Origin: Octopus bimaculoides
Taxonomy: Eukaryota
Direction: 5' to 3'
DNA: 64,000 bases
Assembly: GCF_001194135.2 (NCBI RefSeq)
Contig: NC_068982.1
Coordinates: forward strand, 144,227,892-144,291,891
Shown: one piece after another, positions 1-13,619 of the stretch
How positions within the stretch are numbered: position 1 is the first letter of the stretch
How the letters are laid out: each line of letters starts with the position of its first letter
Notes under the pieces: model-generated
Told to the model about the DNA's origin: nothing
The model's input: the letters and a program-made list of their open reading frames with translations, nothing else
Database searches by the model: none
Made by a program: the position numbers and the translations under genes

Positions 1-365
1 AGAATTCTGGCAAAACTGTGTAGCAACAGATCGCCAGCAATTGCTTCATCAGAAATTGCCGTCCTAGCTCCTGCTAAAAGGGATTACCCTGCTATGTATA
101 ATCAGGGTAGCGCAAAAAGTTGTTTTACACAAGCATTTCTATAGCCAATTACACGGATGAAATTTACGTATGCTTAATAATTTTACGCAAAACAGCCTTC
201 AGATTTTCCCTATTAATTTCATTGTCTTTTGAATTATGAACATATTTATATCATAAGGGTTTTTTCGTTGTAAGGCTTACTTTTTTAGTTGATTTTCAGC
301 TAGCAAGACTTATCGTAGATGGCATAATAAGTCACACCCGGACAAGGTCGGGTTATACTGCTAGT
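1..365 (+). mobile_element. 3' end of a Helitron-type element (5' part outside window)
   Basis: GC-rich hairpin cccggac-aag-gtcggg (337-352), then 8 nt, then CTAG|T (361-365): the canonical Helitron 3' signature. The preceding 330 bp retain more CpG than the flanks. Confidence 0.65.
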
Positions 366-1216
366 ATGGAATAAAATAAATCAATAACACATTTAAGTAA
401 AGTAGTACTACAAAAACTACAATATAACCTAAGTGTAGCAATTATGTGTGAGTATGTGTAAAGGTCCAATTATAACTGTTAAGACACCACCCTTAAAGCT
501 AATACTGACCTTGGTGGAAAAAAAACACCAAAGATAATACAATACTTCTTTCATTGCTTGGCCTAGTTTTTGCCAATATAAATACCAAATTATAGTTTAA
601 AGAGACAGGCACAGAAAGAAAAGAAGGGAAAAACAGAACAAAAAAAAAATCTCTGACTTTTAACTTACATTAAGGCATTTCCACTAAATATGTCTATATT
701 GCTAACAGGAAGTAATGAAACACTTGTGTACTGATAGGAAAGATGATAACAAGAAGAATTAGTCAAAATGATGTAAAAGAGGTTTTCCAGGAAAAGTTCT
801 CAGAGAGCAAACAAATGAAAGTTATATGGTGTACTTCAAAATATAAAATATCCAGTTTCTCTTACTTTCCAGTTCCTACTTTCACATATACTACATCACC
901 AGACACTAGATAAATACCAAAATAAATGCTTTATTGTTGAGCACTTGTATTTTTCTTTTATCAACAGGATCAAGTTCGTGATAAATTTTTTAAAGAAATA
1001 ATGGTCAAAAACTTAACTGCTGTTTATCTGAAGGAGTTAACAGGCAAAACAGAGAAAAAGGATCTTGTAAAAAGTGTTATAGTATAAAACCAAACAGTTT
1101 AGAAAGTCACTTATTTTGAAAATGGTGATTTAGTCCATTAGTCTAAGAAGAAAATAGTGACCACAACCATTCCAGGCCCTCTCAAGTGAGAAAATAAGGA
1201 CACTTTATTGATGATA

Positions 1217-1394
1217 TTAACCCTTTAGCATTTAAGCTAGCCATATCAGACCAAATATTCTCCCTGTTTTATGTTCAGGCTGGCCAAATCCAACCTTTCA
1301 CACCTACTCAATAATGTCATTCTAAATATTATCACATCCTTGAAATCTTATAAGAATTATATTTGAAAGAATAATCTGAGTGCTAAAGAATTAA
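1217..1394. mobile_element. TTAA-flanked non-autonomous DNA transposon (piggyBac-like MITE)
   Basis: TTAA-CCCTTTAGCATT ... GAGTGCTAAAGAA-TTAA. The internal sequence is shared with copies at 55454-55682 and 30488-30700. Confidence 0.7.
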
Positions 1395-1399
1395 TAAGG

Positions 1400-1600
1400 A
1401 GGCCATTGAATTAACAGAATTGGTAGAGCATCAGACAAAATGAATTGTAGTACTGAGTATTGTCACTTTAGATTCTGAGTTCAAATCACATGAAGTTGAC
1501 ATTTCTCTTGATCCTTACAAATAAATCTGTCATAAACTGAGGTCAATGTAATTGACTGCACATATCTTTAGAATGTGTAGCCTTGAGTCTAAGAAATAGA
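1400..1600 (+). mobile_element. Degenerate tRNA-derived SINE (family D)
   Basis: ttctgagttcaaatcac B-box-like motif and a body similar to the cleaner copies at 48041 and 61007. Confidence 0.5.
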
Positions 1601-1779
1601 TATAGTTAAAGTTCAACTTGAACTTTTACCCAAGCAAGAAATCATGAATAGAGGTTCCACAAAGCTAGCTCTAATCTGAGCTGACCACACTAATACATTT
1701 TTTTAGAATTTTCATGAGACTTGGCCTATCAGTTATGACCTCCCTTAATACACTACCTTTGCCCTTGCAGCTAATGCTC

Positions 1780-2050
1780 ATAATACTATTGTGTTGACTA
1801 TTTAGAATAATATTCCTGCATTATCAGACCTATTAAAAGAGTAATTAGCATACTCATAACCTTGCCCCACTTAAACATCTCAGCAAGAATCCCTGGTGGA
1901 CCCAACTTAGCTTGTTCTATTTGATAATTCAATCAGCAGAATTCCAAAAACTTTGATTTCTCTGCTTTTCTTGTACCATGGTCATAGCCACCATCAGACT
2001 AGTGTACCTGTTTTGGTGTTTTCCCAGCATGACAAAATTCCAATGACATT
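1780..2050 (-). mobile_element. Highly decayed LINE reverse-transcriptase remnant
   Basis: Minus-strand translation contains GPPGILAEMFKWG, resembling the LINE motif GPDGIPAE..K. Stops elsewhere. Confidence 0.35.
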
Positions 2051-2640
2051 ATCCATCATTAATTATAGAGGTAACCTATACAAATTCTACATAATACTGC
2101 TCCATTTTGCTTATCAATTAGTTCTACTTATGGAAGATAGTCAGAGATTACAGATGCAATAATTTTGCTAATTGGTAGTTTCCTATTGTCTTAAATTGAA
2201 TCTGATGTGCATTATTAGGATAATGTAGTCCTTGATATACTACATATAAAAAAGAAAACCAGCATATGATGATCATGACTTCAACTCTTTTGATCACATG
2301 TCTGTTGAACCAGGGCTCACCTGGGGCTAAACAATAACTGCCTGCAGCTATCTACTTCCCTGTTGAGAATATATCTACACCATCAATACCAGGTTTCTTG
2401 CTTATTCAGAGAAATTTGTACATGTGTTTTTTGGTGGTGTGGAATCTTTTAAAGTACCTCTCATCTTACTAAATCTAACTTTCACTGTACCATCATTGGC
2501 AGTGGTGGAGCAATGTTTCCTCTAATCTTTTGCCGTGGGGGTGCTCACTAACATTACTTGATAGTGTGTGTCACCTGAAGACCAAGGAACCTTTCTAGGT
2601 CAAGCCATTATTTTGCATTGAAAGGTTACAACTCTGATAC

Positions 2641-2935
2641 TATCGTTTGTCGTTTAATGTCCGCTTTCCATGCTAGCATGGGTTGGACGATTTGACTGAG
2701 GACTGGTGAAACCAGATGGCTACACCAGGCTCCAATCTGATTTGGCAGAGTTTCTACAGCTGGATGCCCTTCCTAACGCCAACCACTCCGAGAGTGTAGT
2801 AGGTGCTTTTACGTGCCACTGGCACGAAGGCCAGTCAGGCGGTACTGGCAACAGCCATGCTCAAAATGGTGTATTTTACGTGCCACCTGCACAGGAGCCA
2901 GTTCGGCGGCACTGGCAACGATCTCGCTCGAATGT
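2641..2935 (-). mobile_element. RTE-type LINE 3' end / RTE-tailed SINE (family A)
   Basis: Near-identical to 7960-8149, which is contiguous across a gap with RTE RT coding sequence. Confidence 0.85.
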
Positions 2936-5789
2936 CTTTACAAGAATATGTGTGCATGCATGCAAGTAACCATCTTCATTTAAAAAATACAGTTTCATCT
3001 TGGAAACTTTGTGTGTATACATTTTTTTATATCCTTTTAAGTGCTAGTTGTAAAATGGGTCCACTAGCACACAACTAAAAGGGGACATTGTTGTGGAATG
3101 ACACCTGACATTCCACATGACAGGTATCAGCTTTGCTAATTTTGTTAGAGTTACGAGTGAATGCACTCAGCTGTATGATTAGATTTTAGCACAAAGCACA
3201 TCTTCACTAAATATCAATATTAATGTTGCTTGCCTAGATGAGTTTCCTTCATTGCAACTTCTGAAACCGTCTCTCCTAGGAATCAAAAGAGAAATGAACT
3301 TCTTTGGAGTACCAATTTCCTACATTGTCAAGCAGCAATGATATTGGGCATAGCAAAACCTAATCATGAGATGATCTTTAAACATTACAGAAACCCATGA
3401 ATCTACAAAATAGATACCAATGAGAAAATATCACAGTACGTAGGTAAACAAAATAGATCAGTGATTACAGATAGAACTCAGACAATGACTAAATATAGAA
3501 TCTCTTCCTCTCTCTCTGTCTCTCTCACACACACACATGTATATTTGGTTGCATCACCTGAACACATACACATATGTGAAACATACATTTGAATGGTAAT
3601 AGAGTAAAGATTCCTCAGCTTTGAAAGAATACTATATCCTAGTGTGTACATGTGTGGAATATCAAACATTGTGAGAATGTACAGTCATTATGGTAAATAT
3701 AAGAATTCAGTAAATTCTAAATATTTTATTAATAATGAGGAAGAATATCAAATGTGATGCAAAGTTTAAGTTTTTTGAAGAAAAAAATCCTCAAAACTTT
3801 CGTATGGTTTCATTTTTCATTCTCATGGTTAGTCATCATTTAGAAGAATTCCTTCTGACCAAAACCATACAGATAACACTTCAATCTGTTTCGCAGGAAT
3901 TGCTTTAAAGAATATTGATTCCTCAGGAATTACCATAAAGAATATAGATTATCTAGAAACAGTCATATCAAAAGAATTAGTCACCATTCATGTTATCAGG
4001 GTTGTCTAGAAATCTAGAAGATACAGACAAGCTGTGTTGCCTAGGTAACTCAATCAGTGCTACAGTTAGGTCTGGTATTAAGTAGTTAAGGTCAACAGTA
4101 ACATGGAAATGTTATCAAAAGCCTCTACCAGCAACACTGTAATTTACTTAATGTAATACAGACAGACAGGCAGATGATGTAAATCTTCAATCATAGGACC
4201 CTAATAGTTTAGAAATTATCATCCATGTTTAACCCCTTGATATGGACCTGCTTCTGACTGCTACTCATTCTATGATACAAAATGGCTTTTCCTTTTCTGA
4301 AGCTCATATTTAAAGTAATACCCTATCATAATTTTATGTACAACCCTTTTTGTAACATTAACATAGAGAGGCTCTAATGTTGGCTTGTGGAAATTTTCAT
4401 TTACTGACTCAGTATGATGTTTTGATGGCAGTTTAACTGCACTTGTAACACTGGAGTGTGGGGAGAGAAGGAAAGAAACAAAACGCTGTGTTACCAATTA
4501 TTATTGAATCTACTTGGTTTTACTCTGAAGTGTGATACTTTACCATACAAAATATTCAGTAATTTAATAATATACAAGATTTTGACATGCGCTTAAACTA
4601 AGTGTATGTTACCTTAAGCGGGAGATAGCATCTCATTTTGGCAAGGTAAAAAACCAGATTAAAACTGTTCTGTAACATACCCATATACTTATTACAGTCA
4701 TGAAAAAAGACAAAACAAAAAAAAAACAACAACAATAAAAACAATGAAAGAACTCTCAATATCACTTTAAACACCATGTTGAAAGTAGCTCTTTTCAGAT
4801 AAGTTCCTATTGAAAACTATACAGAAATTCACGTTTTGGATTTTTCTATATAAAGTGAAAGGAACAAATGTCTGGAATATAGACCCTAGATTCAATAGAA
4901 TTTTTTTTTTGTTTTGTTTTGTTTAAAAAGGAAAAAGAATCCCCCCAGAGAAAGCTTTCAAACAGAAGTTTTAATAAGACTAAAACGTATCCAAAGTTCT
5001 TCTGTACTTGCCAGAATAATTTTTAAAAATTCAAGTCATTGATGACTAATACAGCCTATTCTATGCTGCGCAATTATTTCTCATTACATTTTTGACAGTT
5101 GCTGCATTAAATATATTAACACTAACATTGTTTTTTTTTTCCTATGCAGATAGCTTCTCTGACTAATTTAACAGAGTAATTTATTCTCTCAAATATCCTG
5201 TTCTTAAACTATAATTGGCTGAATACTTTAACAAAATACCTAGTAAAACAAACTAACAGCAGCATAATAATGAGGTTTCAGCTTCTACATAACACATCTT
5301 TGTACATGCTTCAAACAGACAACCTTTCCATTTGTTTGATGACCATTTTGCCATGCTAGCATAGCTTGGACAAGAAATGATTTTGAGGTAGGATTTTACA
5401 GCCACTTGCCTTCCTGTTGCTAATCCTTACCCAATTTTCAAGAAAGGGATTCTTATATTCCACAGATTTTTGAATATGCAGATTAACCAGTCATACACAA
5501 TGTCAACATAGCAACATAGAACATAAACATCACCATCATTTTGCTCAAATGTTGTAAAGAGAAGTATCAATATTTACATGTGCACACACACTTTTCTATG
5601 CTGCATAGGTCATTGAAGGAGGATTTCTATGGTCAGATGCTTTTCCTGTCACTAACCCTCGCCTGTTTCCAAATAAGGTGAACATTTCTCCATAGTTGGA
5701 CATGTTTTCATAGATGAAATAAATGAGACAGCTTATATGGCAGTAAAGCTCATTTACCTATTGCATTATGTCAAAACAAGGATGCATAA

Positions 5790-6160
5790 ACACACACATG
5801 TATGACAGGCTTCTTTCAGTTTCTGTTTATTATATCCACTCACAAGGCTTTGGTTGGCTATAGCAGAAAACATATGCTCAAGGTGCCAAACAGTGGAACT
5901 GAATCTGAAAGCTTGTGGTTGGGAAGCAAGCTTCTTAATCACACACATAAGCATGTGCCTCACATATGAAGGCCATAACTTCAAAGTCACTGTCACCACT
6001 CTTCTTGTAAAAGTATAATACACATACACACACATGGCAGGCTTACTAGTTTCTATCTCACAAGATTCACTCACAAGGCATGAGCCAAGGTGCCACTGAG
6101 TAGGACTGAACCTAAAACCAAATGGCAGTGAAGCAAAACTCTTACCCACACAGCCATTTT
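5790..6160 (-). mobile_element. Two adjacent degenerate 5' halves of tRNA-derived SINE family B
   Basis: Two matches to the reverse complement of the 46920 SINE head (caaggtgcca...gtgggactgaacc...cttacccacacagcc). Confidence 0.6.
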
Positions 6161-6339
6161 TGTGCCTAGCCAAACCTGCACCTACATTCCACAATGATAC
6201 TTATTGTAAAGCATGTAACAACTTAGGGGTAAATTACATGCTTTAACAATTTACACAACATCCAAAAATTAAGACCTGTCTCACCTAATACAGAAACATT
6301 TAAAAATACTATACACAGTTTTAATCCAGATCAAGCTGT

Positions 6340-6590
6340 TACTTCTCTGCATTGAGATATCACAGCTCCAGTATTACGGACATGTGATTAGAATGTGGCA
6401 GGAGACCTAGAGGTAAATCAAGAATAAAGTGATTGAATAATATCTAGTCTCAGCTGGTCATACTTGGGAGCCCAGCTAGAAAGTATAAGTATGTCAGTTA
6501 CTTATGATAGCACCCTATGGAAGAGGCATCTGATGACTCTGCTTCCATGACCTTCCAGGAAATGGTGGGCAGAGAAGATGGATGGATACA
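6340..6590 (+). mobile_element. Decayed LINE (RTE-like) 3' coding remnant
   Basis: Translates to IEISQLQYYGHVIRM...RPRGKSRIK across frameshifts, resembling the QLRWFGHV.RM...GRRPRGRPR C-terminus. Confidence 0.5.
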
Positions 6591-7516
6591 TAGTTTAAAT
6601 CTTTGAAGAATATTCTACTACTGAGAGCACAATGTCTTTTAATCAATCATGTGAAGATGACAACAGTTGAAGTACTGAGCACAAGTAACTCAGTTTTATA
6701 AATAAAAAAAGAAAGAAAGAAAAAAGAATGCATGATCCAAACTAAAACTTGAGACATCAGAAGTGTTTTCCAAATTGCTTGAAGATGAAGATTAAAAAAA
6801 AAACTTACTTTGATACAGATAGAATTCATATTCATGAAATGAAAATTTGCCATAATTCAGTTTTTGTGTAATTTATATGTGTAATTAACTGATGTGAGCT
6901 TAAAATCAGAGGTAGTATGCCTATGTCCCATATTTGGTTCACTGGAGTCTGCCTTTAAAATATTAGTGTTTTTAGACAGACAACCTTTCAATGAAGATGG
7001 TTCAATGAAATATATGAATGTTTTAAAATGCAAGATGCAAAATAAAACGATATAGAAAAATATAGAGAAAAATATGGATACATGGGATGAAATAAAACAG
7101 AAAGGAACTGATAGTGAAAGAAAAGAAAACAGAATGAAGAAAAAAAAACAGATGAGAACAATGTAATTAATATTAAATTATTAATTTTGCAAAAGATTCA
7201 AAGATATATTGGAATGGGGAGTGCATGTGTATGAGAGAGAGAGAGAGTGAGAGAGAGAGAGAAAGAGAGAGAAAGAGTGTGTGTGTGTACATGAACTAAT
7301 TATAGATGATATATAGAGGTATATCAATGTTAATGTTGAGTGAATTTAGTAAAACTTCAAAGAGACAATACCATTAGAAAGACTATTGATCTCTCACTTG
7401 GTAAAAGAATGAAGTTGAGGAAAAGGACAGAGAAAAATCAAGACAGAGAGAGATAAAGAGCAAGAACAAGAAAAAGTAAGTATATGTAATATATACATAT
7501 GTATATAGTCACACAC

Positions 7517-7522
<6 letters not shown>

Positions 7523-7574
<52 letters not shown>
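7523..7574. repeat. (TA)n microsatellite; similar tracts at about 18264-18336, 30985-31022, 46878-46916, 57816-57874, 63545-63570
   Basis: Direct inspection. Confidence 0.95.
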
Positions 7575-7584
<10 letters not shown>

Positions 7585-7590
7585 TTAATG

Positions 7591-8742
7591 CAGGGTAGGG
7601 AAACATTTTCATGCAGCGGGGAAAAAATTTCAAAAGAAAAAGGTCATCAGGTGGCTCACAAGTTCTAACTCTTATACCTGTGTAAATCTTGTATTGACAT
7701 ACACTAATAGACGTAAGTTTAACATATTAAATTAATGCCGCCACTGAATTTAGGACGTTTATATTACTTATGAGGTAATCTATATTTTTCAGCTAATGTA
7801 GTTGGGTATCAAGGGGGTGGTGCAAACCTAATAATAAGTGTTTTATAGTGAAACCAAAATTTCCATTCAAATGGCAATTACCGGACGATTTTCTGTTCGA
7901 GTCTAACTGTTTTAAGTCATAGTAGAAATGTGACCTTCATCATCATCATCATCATCATCATCATCGTTTAACGTCCGCCTTCCATGCTAGCATGGGTTGG
8001 ACGATTTGACTGAGGACTGGTGAAACCGGATAGCAACACCAGGCTCCAATCTAATTTGGCAGAGTTTCTACAGCTGGATGCCCTTCCTAACGCCAACTAC
8101 TCAGAGAGTGTAGTGGGTGCTTTTACGTGTCACCCGCACAAAAACGGCCNNNNNNNNNNNNNNNNNNNNNNNNNNNNNNNNNNNNNNNNNNNNNNNNNNN
8201 NNNNNNNNNNNNNNNNNNNNNNNNNNNNNNNNNNNNNNNNNNNNNNNNNNNNNNNNNNNNNNNNNNNNNNNNNNNNNNNNNNNNNNNNNNNNNNNNNNNN
8301 NNNNNNNNNNNNNNNNNNNNNNNNNNNNNNNNNNNNNNNNNNNNNNNNNNNNNNNNNNNNNNNNNNNNNNNNNNNNNNNNNNNNNNNNNNNNNNNNNNNN
8401 NNNNNNNNNNNNNNNNNNNNNNNNNNNNNNNNNNNNNNNNNNNNNNNNNNATGCTTCTTATGTTCAGCTTTTCTCTCAAGATACTTACACTCTGACAGGT
8501 ATGCACATTTACATTACACATCCAGCGGAGCATACTGGCTTCATTCCTTGCGAGCTTACGCATGTCCTCAGCAGTCACAGCCCATGTTTCACTGCCATGT
8601 AGCATGGCTTAGGAATATTGTATAAATTTTATAATTGAAAAATTTACTATATTTTGTACATACGAGTATACCAGCCTGCTGGTGCAATAAAATGGGCTCG
8701 CGGGCGCAATTGGACCCTGGGCTGGGGTTTCCCCCATCCCTG
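7591..8742. mobile_element. Non-autonomous hAT element with 8-bp TSD, interrupted by an RTE insertion
   Basis: TSD TTTTAATG at 7583-7590 and 8743-8750; TIRs CAGGGTAGGGAAAC / GTTTCCCCCATCCCTG. Confidence 0.8.
7938..8605 (-). mobile_element. 5'-truncated RTE LINE (RT C-terminus, 3' UTR, (GAT)n tail), partly in an assembly gap
   Basis: Minus ORF LHGSETWAVTAEDMRKLARNEASMLRWMCNV...SILREKLNIR is typical of the RTE RT C-terminus; the element ends in (GAT)n at 7938. Confidence 0.9.
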
Positions 8743-10494
8743 TTTTAATGTCTACTTTTCCATACTAGCAAGGATTAAATGAGACTACAGCAGGGCAGAG
8801 TATTTTAAGACTAGATGCCCTTCTTGACACCAACCTTCATTTGTTTCGAAGCAAGATGATAATCCTCCAATCTATCAAACAATGGTTATGGGGAAAACTG
8901 AAAACAAACATTTAAATGAACCTTTTGATTACAAAGATCGTGCAACATGTTGAGATATGTAAAGAAGCCTAGACATGATTTTCATGGAGGACTGCTAACA
9001 AACAACAATATCTGCATTCTAGTTTAAAATCAGCCAACACAGGTGAAGACAAGGGGAAACAAATTCACTCAAACACTCCTTGGCTTTTGAAGGCACACAA
9101 ACACTTACATACACACATATAAACACAAACATTTACATACATCTATCATCTTTTACTTGTTCCAATCATGCTGGGGTCCCACCTTGAAGACTTTTTTGGT
9201 TGAATGAATCAACTCTAGTACTTATTCTATTGGTCTCTTTTTTGAACAGTTAAGTTATGGGGACAAACATACTAACACTGGTTGTCAAGTGGTAGTGAGA
9301 GACTAATAATCTCCCACTCTATTGAGCAACAAACAGAGTATTTTTACATTGAGAACTAATGGCAAAGAAATACTTTATGGTTGAGCTTTTTGTTTACAAA
9401 GTTTGTGCAATACATCAAAACAGATACAATTTCAGAGTAGACTAGAAGCAAATGACACTCTTAGCAAAAGCAATTGTTTATAATCAGTTAAGAGAACATG
9501 TGTAGATGAGGGTAATATTAATTCACACACACATCATATTTAAGTAGAGAGACAATTAAAAAAAAAAAATAACAGGTGCAAGGAATGTATGTATATAAAA
9601 AAAAGGTGCATATTACAATTTACATGATGTAATCAAGCCTTCTCTATACAGCTGTTCTGGATGAGTGATGGTTGACTGATATAACAATGCAGATACCCAC
9701 ACACACAGCAAACATATACAGATACACACACAATTCTAAACAATTATAATTATGAAATCTACAGTCCTGATAATATTTGTAATCCAGGGTAGCAAACCTG
9801 GAGTTACCTGTCAGAAAAATTACAGCATGATTGCTAATACTAAGCAATCATTGACATCTATTACTACGTGATGCAGTTAGCCGTAATCTGAAGTATACCT
9901 GAGAGCTACCACACTACCTGCCTGGATAACTTTATCCCTATACATTCACACACACACACACACACATACAGAAAGACAGACAGACAGACAGATAGATATA
10001 TACACACACACAACACAGACAAGAGAGTGTGGTGGTTTATACCAAATACATTTAAGAAGAATAGTTATTTGAAACAAAATCAAAAAAAATACCCAGACTA
10101 ACAATGGCTGCCATGGTGATGAGACTTAATTAGATCAGGTAAGCAGATGAAGAAAACAGTATGAAGTCTGTCAAATGCCAGGCATAATTACAGAACCATA
10201 TAATTCAAAAGGAATTCTTCAATGAGTTTTAGTACAGTGAGATGTCGAAGAGAATGAAAAAGGGATGAAACAGTGATGTATACTTGAAATTACTCTGGTA
10301 GGGATGTTGAAGAGCAACAGTATGGGGTTGAAGCTATCAGCACACATTGATATAAGACTTCAGTGTATGTATTATATACATGTTTGAGAGAGAGAGAGAG
10401 AGAGTGTGTGTGTGTGTGTGTGTGTTGTGGTGTATAGTTGCTGATTGTAATGTAAATGTTATTGTAATGTTATACAGTACAATAACATTCACAG

Positions 10495-10690
10495 TTATAC
10501 AGTAGGGCTTTGGATGTAGCAAGTTATGACATTATGGTAGAGTCAAAGTTGTTGATGTAGTGAGTCATGACTATTGTAGAGTCAGAGCTGTGAATGTAGT
10601 CAGTCATAACATTACTGTAGACTCAGAGTTATTGGTATAGCAAGTCATGACTATTACAGAATCAGAGTTATTGATGCGGTGAGTTACTTG
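10495..10690. repeat. Degenerate minisatellite, about 5 units of 39-41 bp
   Basis: Consensus-like unit gtagagtcagagttattgatgtagcaagtcatgactatt recurs in tandem. Confidence 0.75.
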
Positions 10691-13619
10691 TTACAGAGAC
10701 AACATCACAACTTAATGCTGTAAACCATAGTGTTATTGTTGAACCCCATATCAGTTATGATAAACTGTCTTATACTGAAAGGTATTCCAGTTGTGAACAA
10801 CCTGTCATTTGCTCCAGGTATTGTATCTAGGACTCACATTATGCAATGTACCCTTCTTGTTTAAAGACAAAAATTTAAGTGAGATTTGGCTACTATTTGA
10901 GGCATGCCCACATACAGGCTCCTGTGTTGCCTTGTTGTGTCACTGTGGTAGAATCATGACTTTCAATGTGGTATGTTATACCACTTTTTAAAGTTACGAC
11001 TACTGACTATTCACTGCAATTAAGTCAGGACAACTAACAACTCCCCTTGGTAGAGTCAAGTCTCGCATTTATTTTTCCATGCTTGCATTAGTGATATGGT
11101 TTATTTATGAGTGCAATTATTAGTTAAGGCTTGTTGCTTTTTCTACTACTAGTAACTTAAACTGAGAGGTAAAGGTGGAACTGGTCAGTTATAAGCATAA
11201 GATATTTTTCTTCAACAGAATGACAAAGGTAAACTTAAGCCAGCATGAAGAGCGAACTTTAAATGATGATGGTGGTAATTCTCTTGACATCAAGGATACA
11301 TTATTGGAATTCTTCAGTATTTAACTGGTACTTTATTTCAATGAGCCAAGAAGGATGACAGGTAAAAACAATCAACCTTGTGTAGAGATTTGAACTCAGA
11401 CATAATTAACCATAACTAATTACCAACTAGTATTCTCTGATGTCCATTCACCAATTCTGCCAATTCCCCACCTATAAAAGTTGAACTAATGTACTTGGTC
11501 AATGTTTCCCAGGGGAGGTGCCTGTGAGAATTCAAAGAAGTAGATAAATCGCTATGTTTAACAAAATTACAATGTTTTTAAACTTTTATAATTTTTCCAA
11601 TTCCATGTCAAATATTATATGGATACAAACTCTATTATGTCTTCTCATTAATAAAGAAATAAATGAGTCAAAAAACTTTCCTTGATATCCTGGTGTATGT
11701 GTGGGAGGGACTGGTATTTATCAGTAGGAGACCACAAAAGATAGACAACTATATGAATCCAGTGGTATTGTCATAATAACCCAAGTCAGTAATTTAGCCA
11801 GGAAATAATATTAGATAGGATCACCTCGGTTAATAGTACACAGTCATGTGATATATATTAGAGAAGAGATCTAGGTTAAATGAAGAGGAGTTTCCATTGC
11901 TAATGAGAACCATCTTCTTCATTACAGTAAACATTGTCACAGTGACTTCAACATTCTGCCACTCCTGCTTGCATTCATTTACCAGAAGGCGTTACGTGAA
12001 ACATTAGATATGTTTTTCATACAAGGCACCCATATTTTGCTTTTTACAGAGCTCACTCTTGGTGATAAAGTTGATTATTGGTTTTCTTAAATTCTAGAGA
12101 TTATCTTTAATTATTAAAATTTAACTGAAGCCAACATTGATGCTGCTGTTGTTGCTTAGCCCAGATCATCCCTAATTTAGGCGACCTATGATCTTAATCA
12201 GTCACTTAGCATAAACACCACAACCTGGTTCTTGGATGTTTTCAGCAGAACCCATTCTGCTGAAAAACACTTGAATCAAATCTGAGAAGGCTAAATATCT
12301 TGATTGGCTGCTCTCTATAGCTGCAACTCAGACTTTGTGATTTCTCTTCCTTGCCCACCAAGCTCAGAAACTCTGCAAAGGTCTTTGCTTCCTCTAAGTA
12401 AGCCAGAAAAGGCCTCACAGTTGTGGCTAATCCAGTATACCAAACTCAGACAGGGCATCTAGGACCACATTGCCCAATATGTCCTTCCTCTTTAGAGAGT
12501 GGAATGATGTCTGGTAGAGACTTGGGCACTATTTCTAGTAGAGTACAAAATTAAACATTTAGGAATTGGATAGAGTCAGTTGATTGACTCTCACCTCACT
12601 CATCTTAATACATTCAGGATTCTTATGTTAGAAACTCTAGTTGGATAAAGAGTAAAAACTGACCATAGAAGCACAAACCAACAAAACTAAAAAAACAGAG
12701 GACAGCATAATATGCTTGATTTTAAAGTATAGATAATGCTTTTGTAAAGAAATGTGATGCTGGGACAATGCAAATGATGCAAGGGAAAAGATTAATTTCA
12801 ATGGCTTTCTTCTGCCCTTTGGGAGGACTTAAATGTGACAGTGCAAGCCAGTGTAGCAGTCTTAAAATATGCATTTCTCTCATTTCTTACAGGAGGGAAC
12901 TAATTATCTAGAACACCTAAGTTACATCTAGGTGAGCCAGGCTGTTGAACTAAGCATCTTTGACATTGTCATACTGAAGTGTTAAGGGTGTTTGCATGAA
13001 TAATAAGATTCTTCAGTCTATTAGCCAACAGCTAACAGACTACAGAATCCTGTTGATTCAGCTAGTTGCAATTCTTTTAGTTAACCTAACTGTAAAAATA
13101 ACTGAACACAACCAGTGTTTGCAAATATGAAAATAGCATGAAGTGTGTATCCTGCTGTTCTGATTTAAATAAATAAGTCTCCTTTGAAGAAGGCAACACA
13201 AATATATTATTATGATTGGTGTTGTTTTTAAGTATCACCACTCAGCAGTCTTATGGTATGAATGTAGTCAATGAAACGAGTAAGAAAGTGTCACAGATCT
13301 AAGATCTATAGACACAGTTTGTCTATATATGAGTTTGGGATAAAATTCAGCATCTGGTCAACATCAGAGCTCTGACTCCACTTTTTTATTTACTAAAATT
13401 TTAACTCAAAATTTGTGCTTCTAATTTTAAATTTGCTGCAGAGTATTTGGCAGTTACTATGAGCAAGTCAACTTACAGTAACATCATTAATGTGTTAATT
13501 CGGAAAATTGACATGATAATTTGAGCAAATTAAGAGACTGTAGGCTGAGGTAAAGAGGCACAGTAACCAATACAGATTATGAACATTTTTAAGGCATAGT
13601 CAAAATAAGAAAAGCATAA

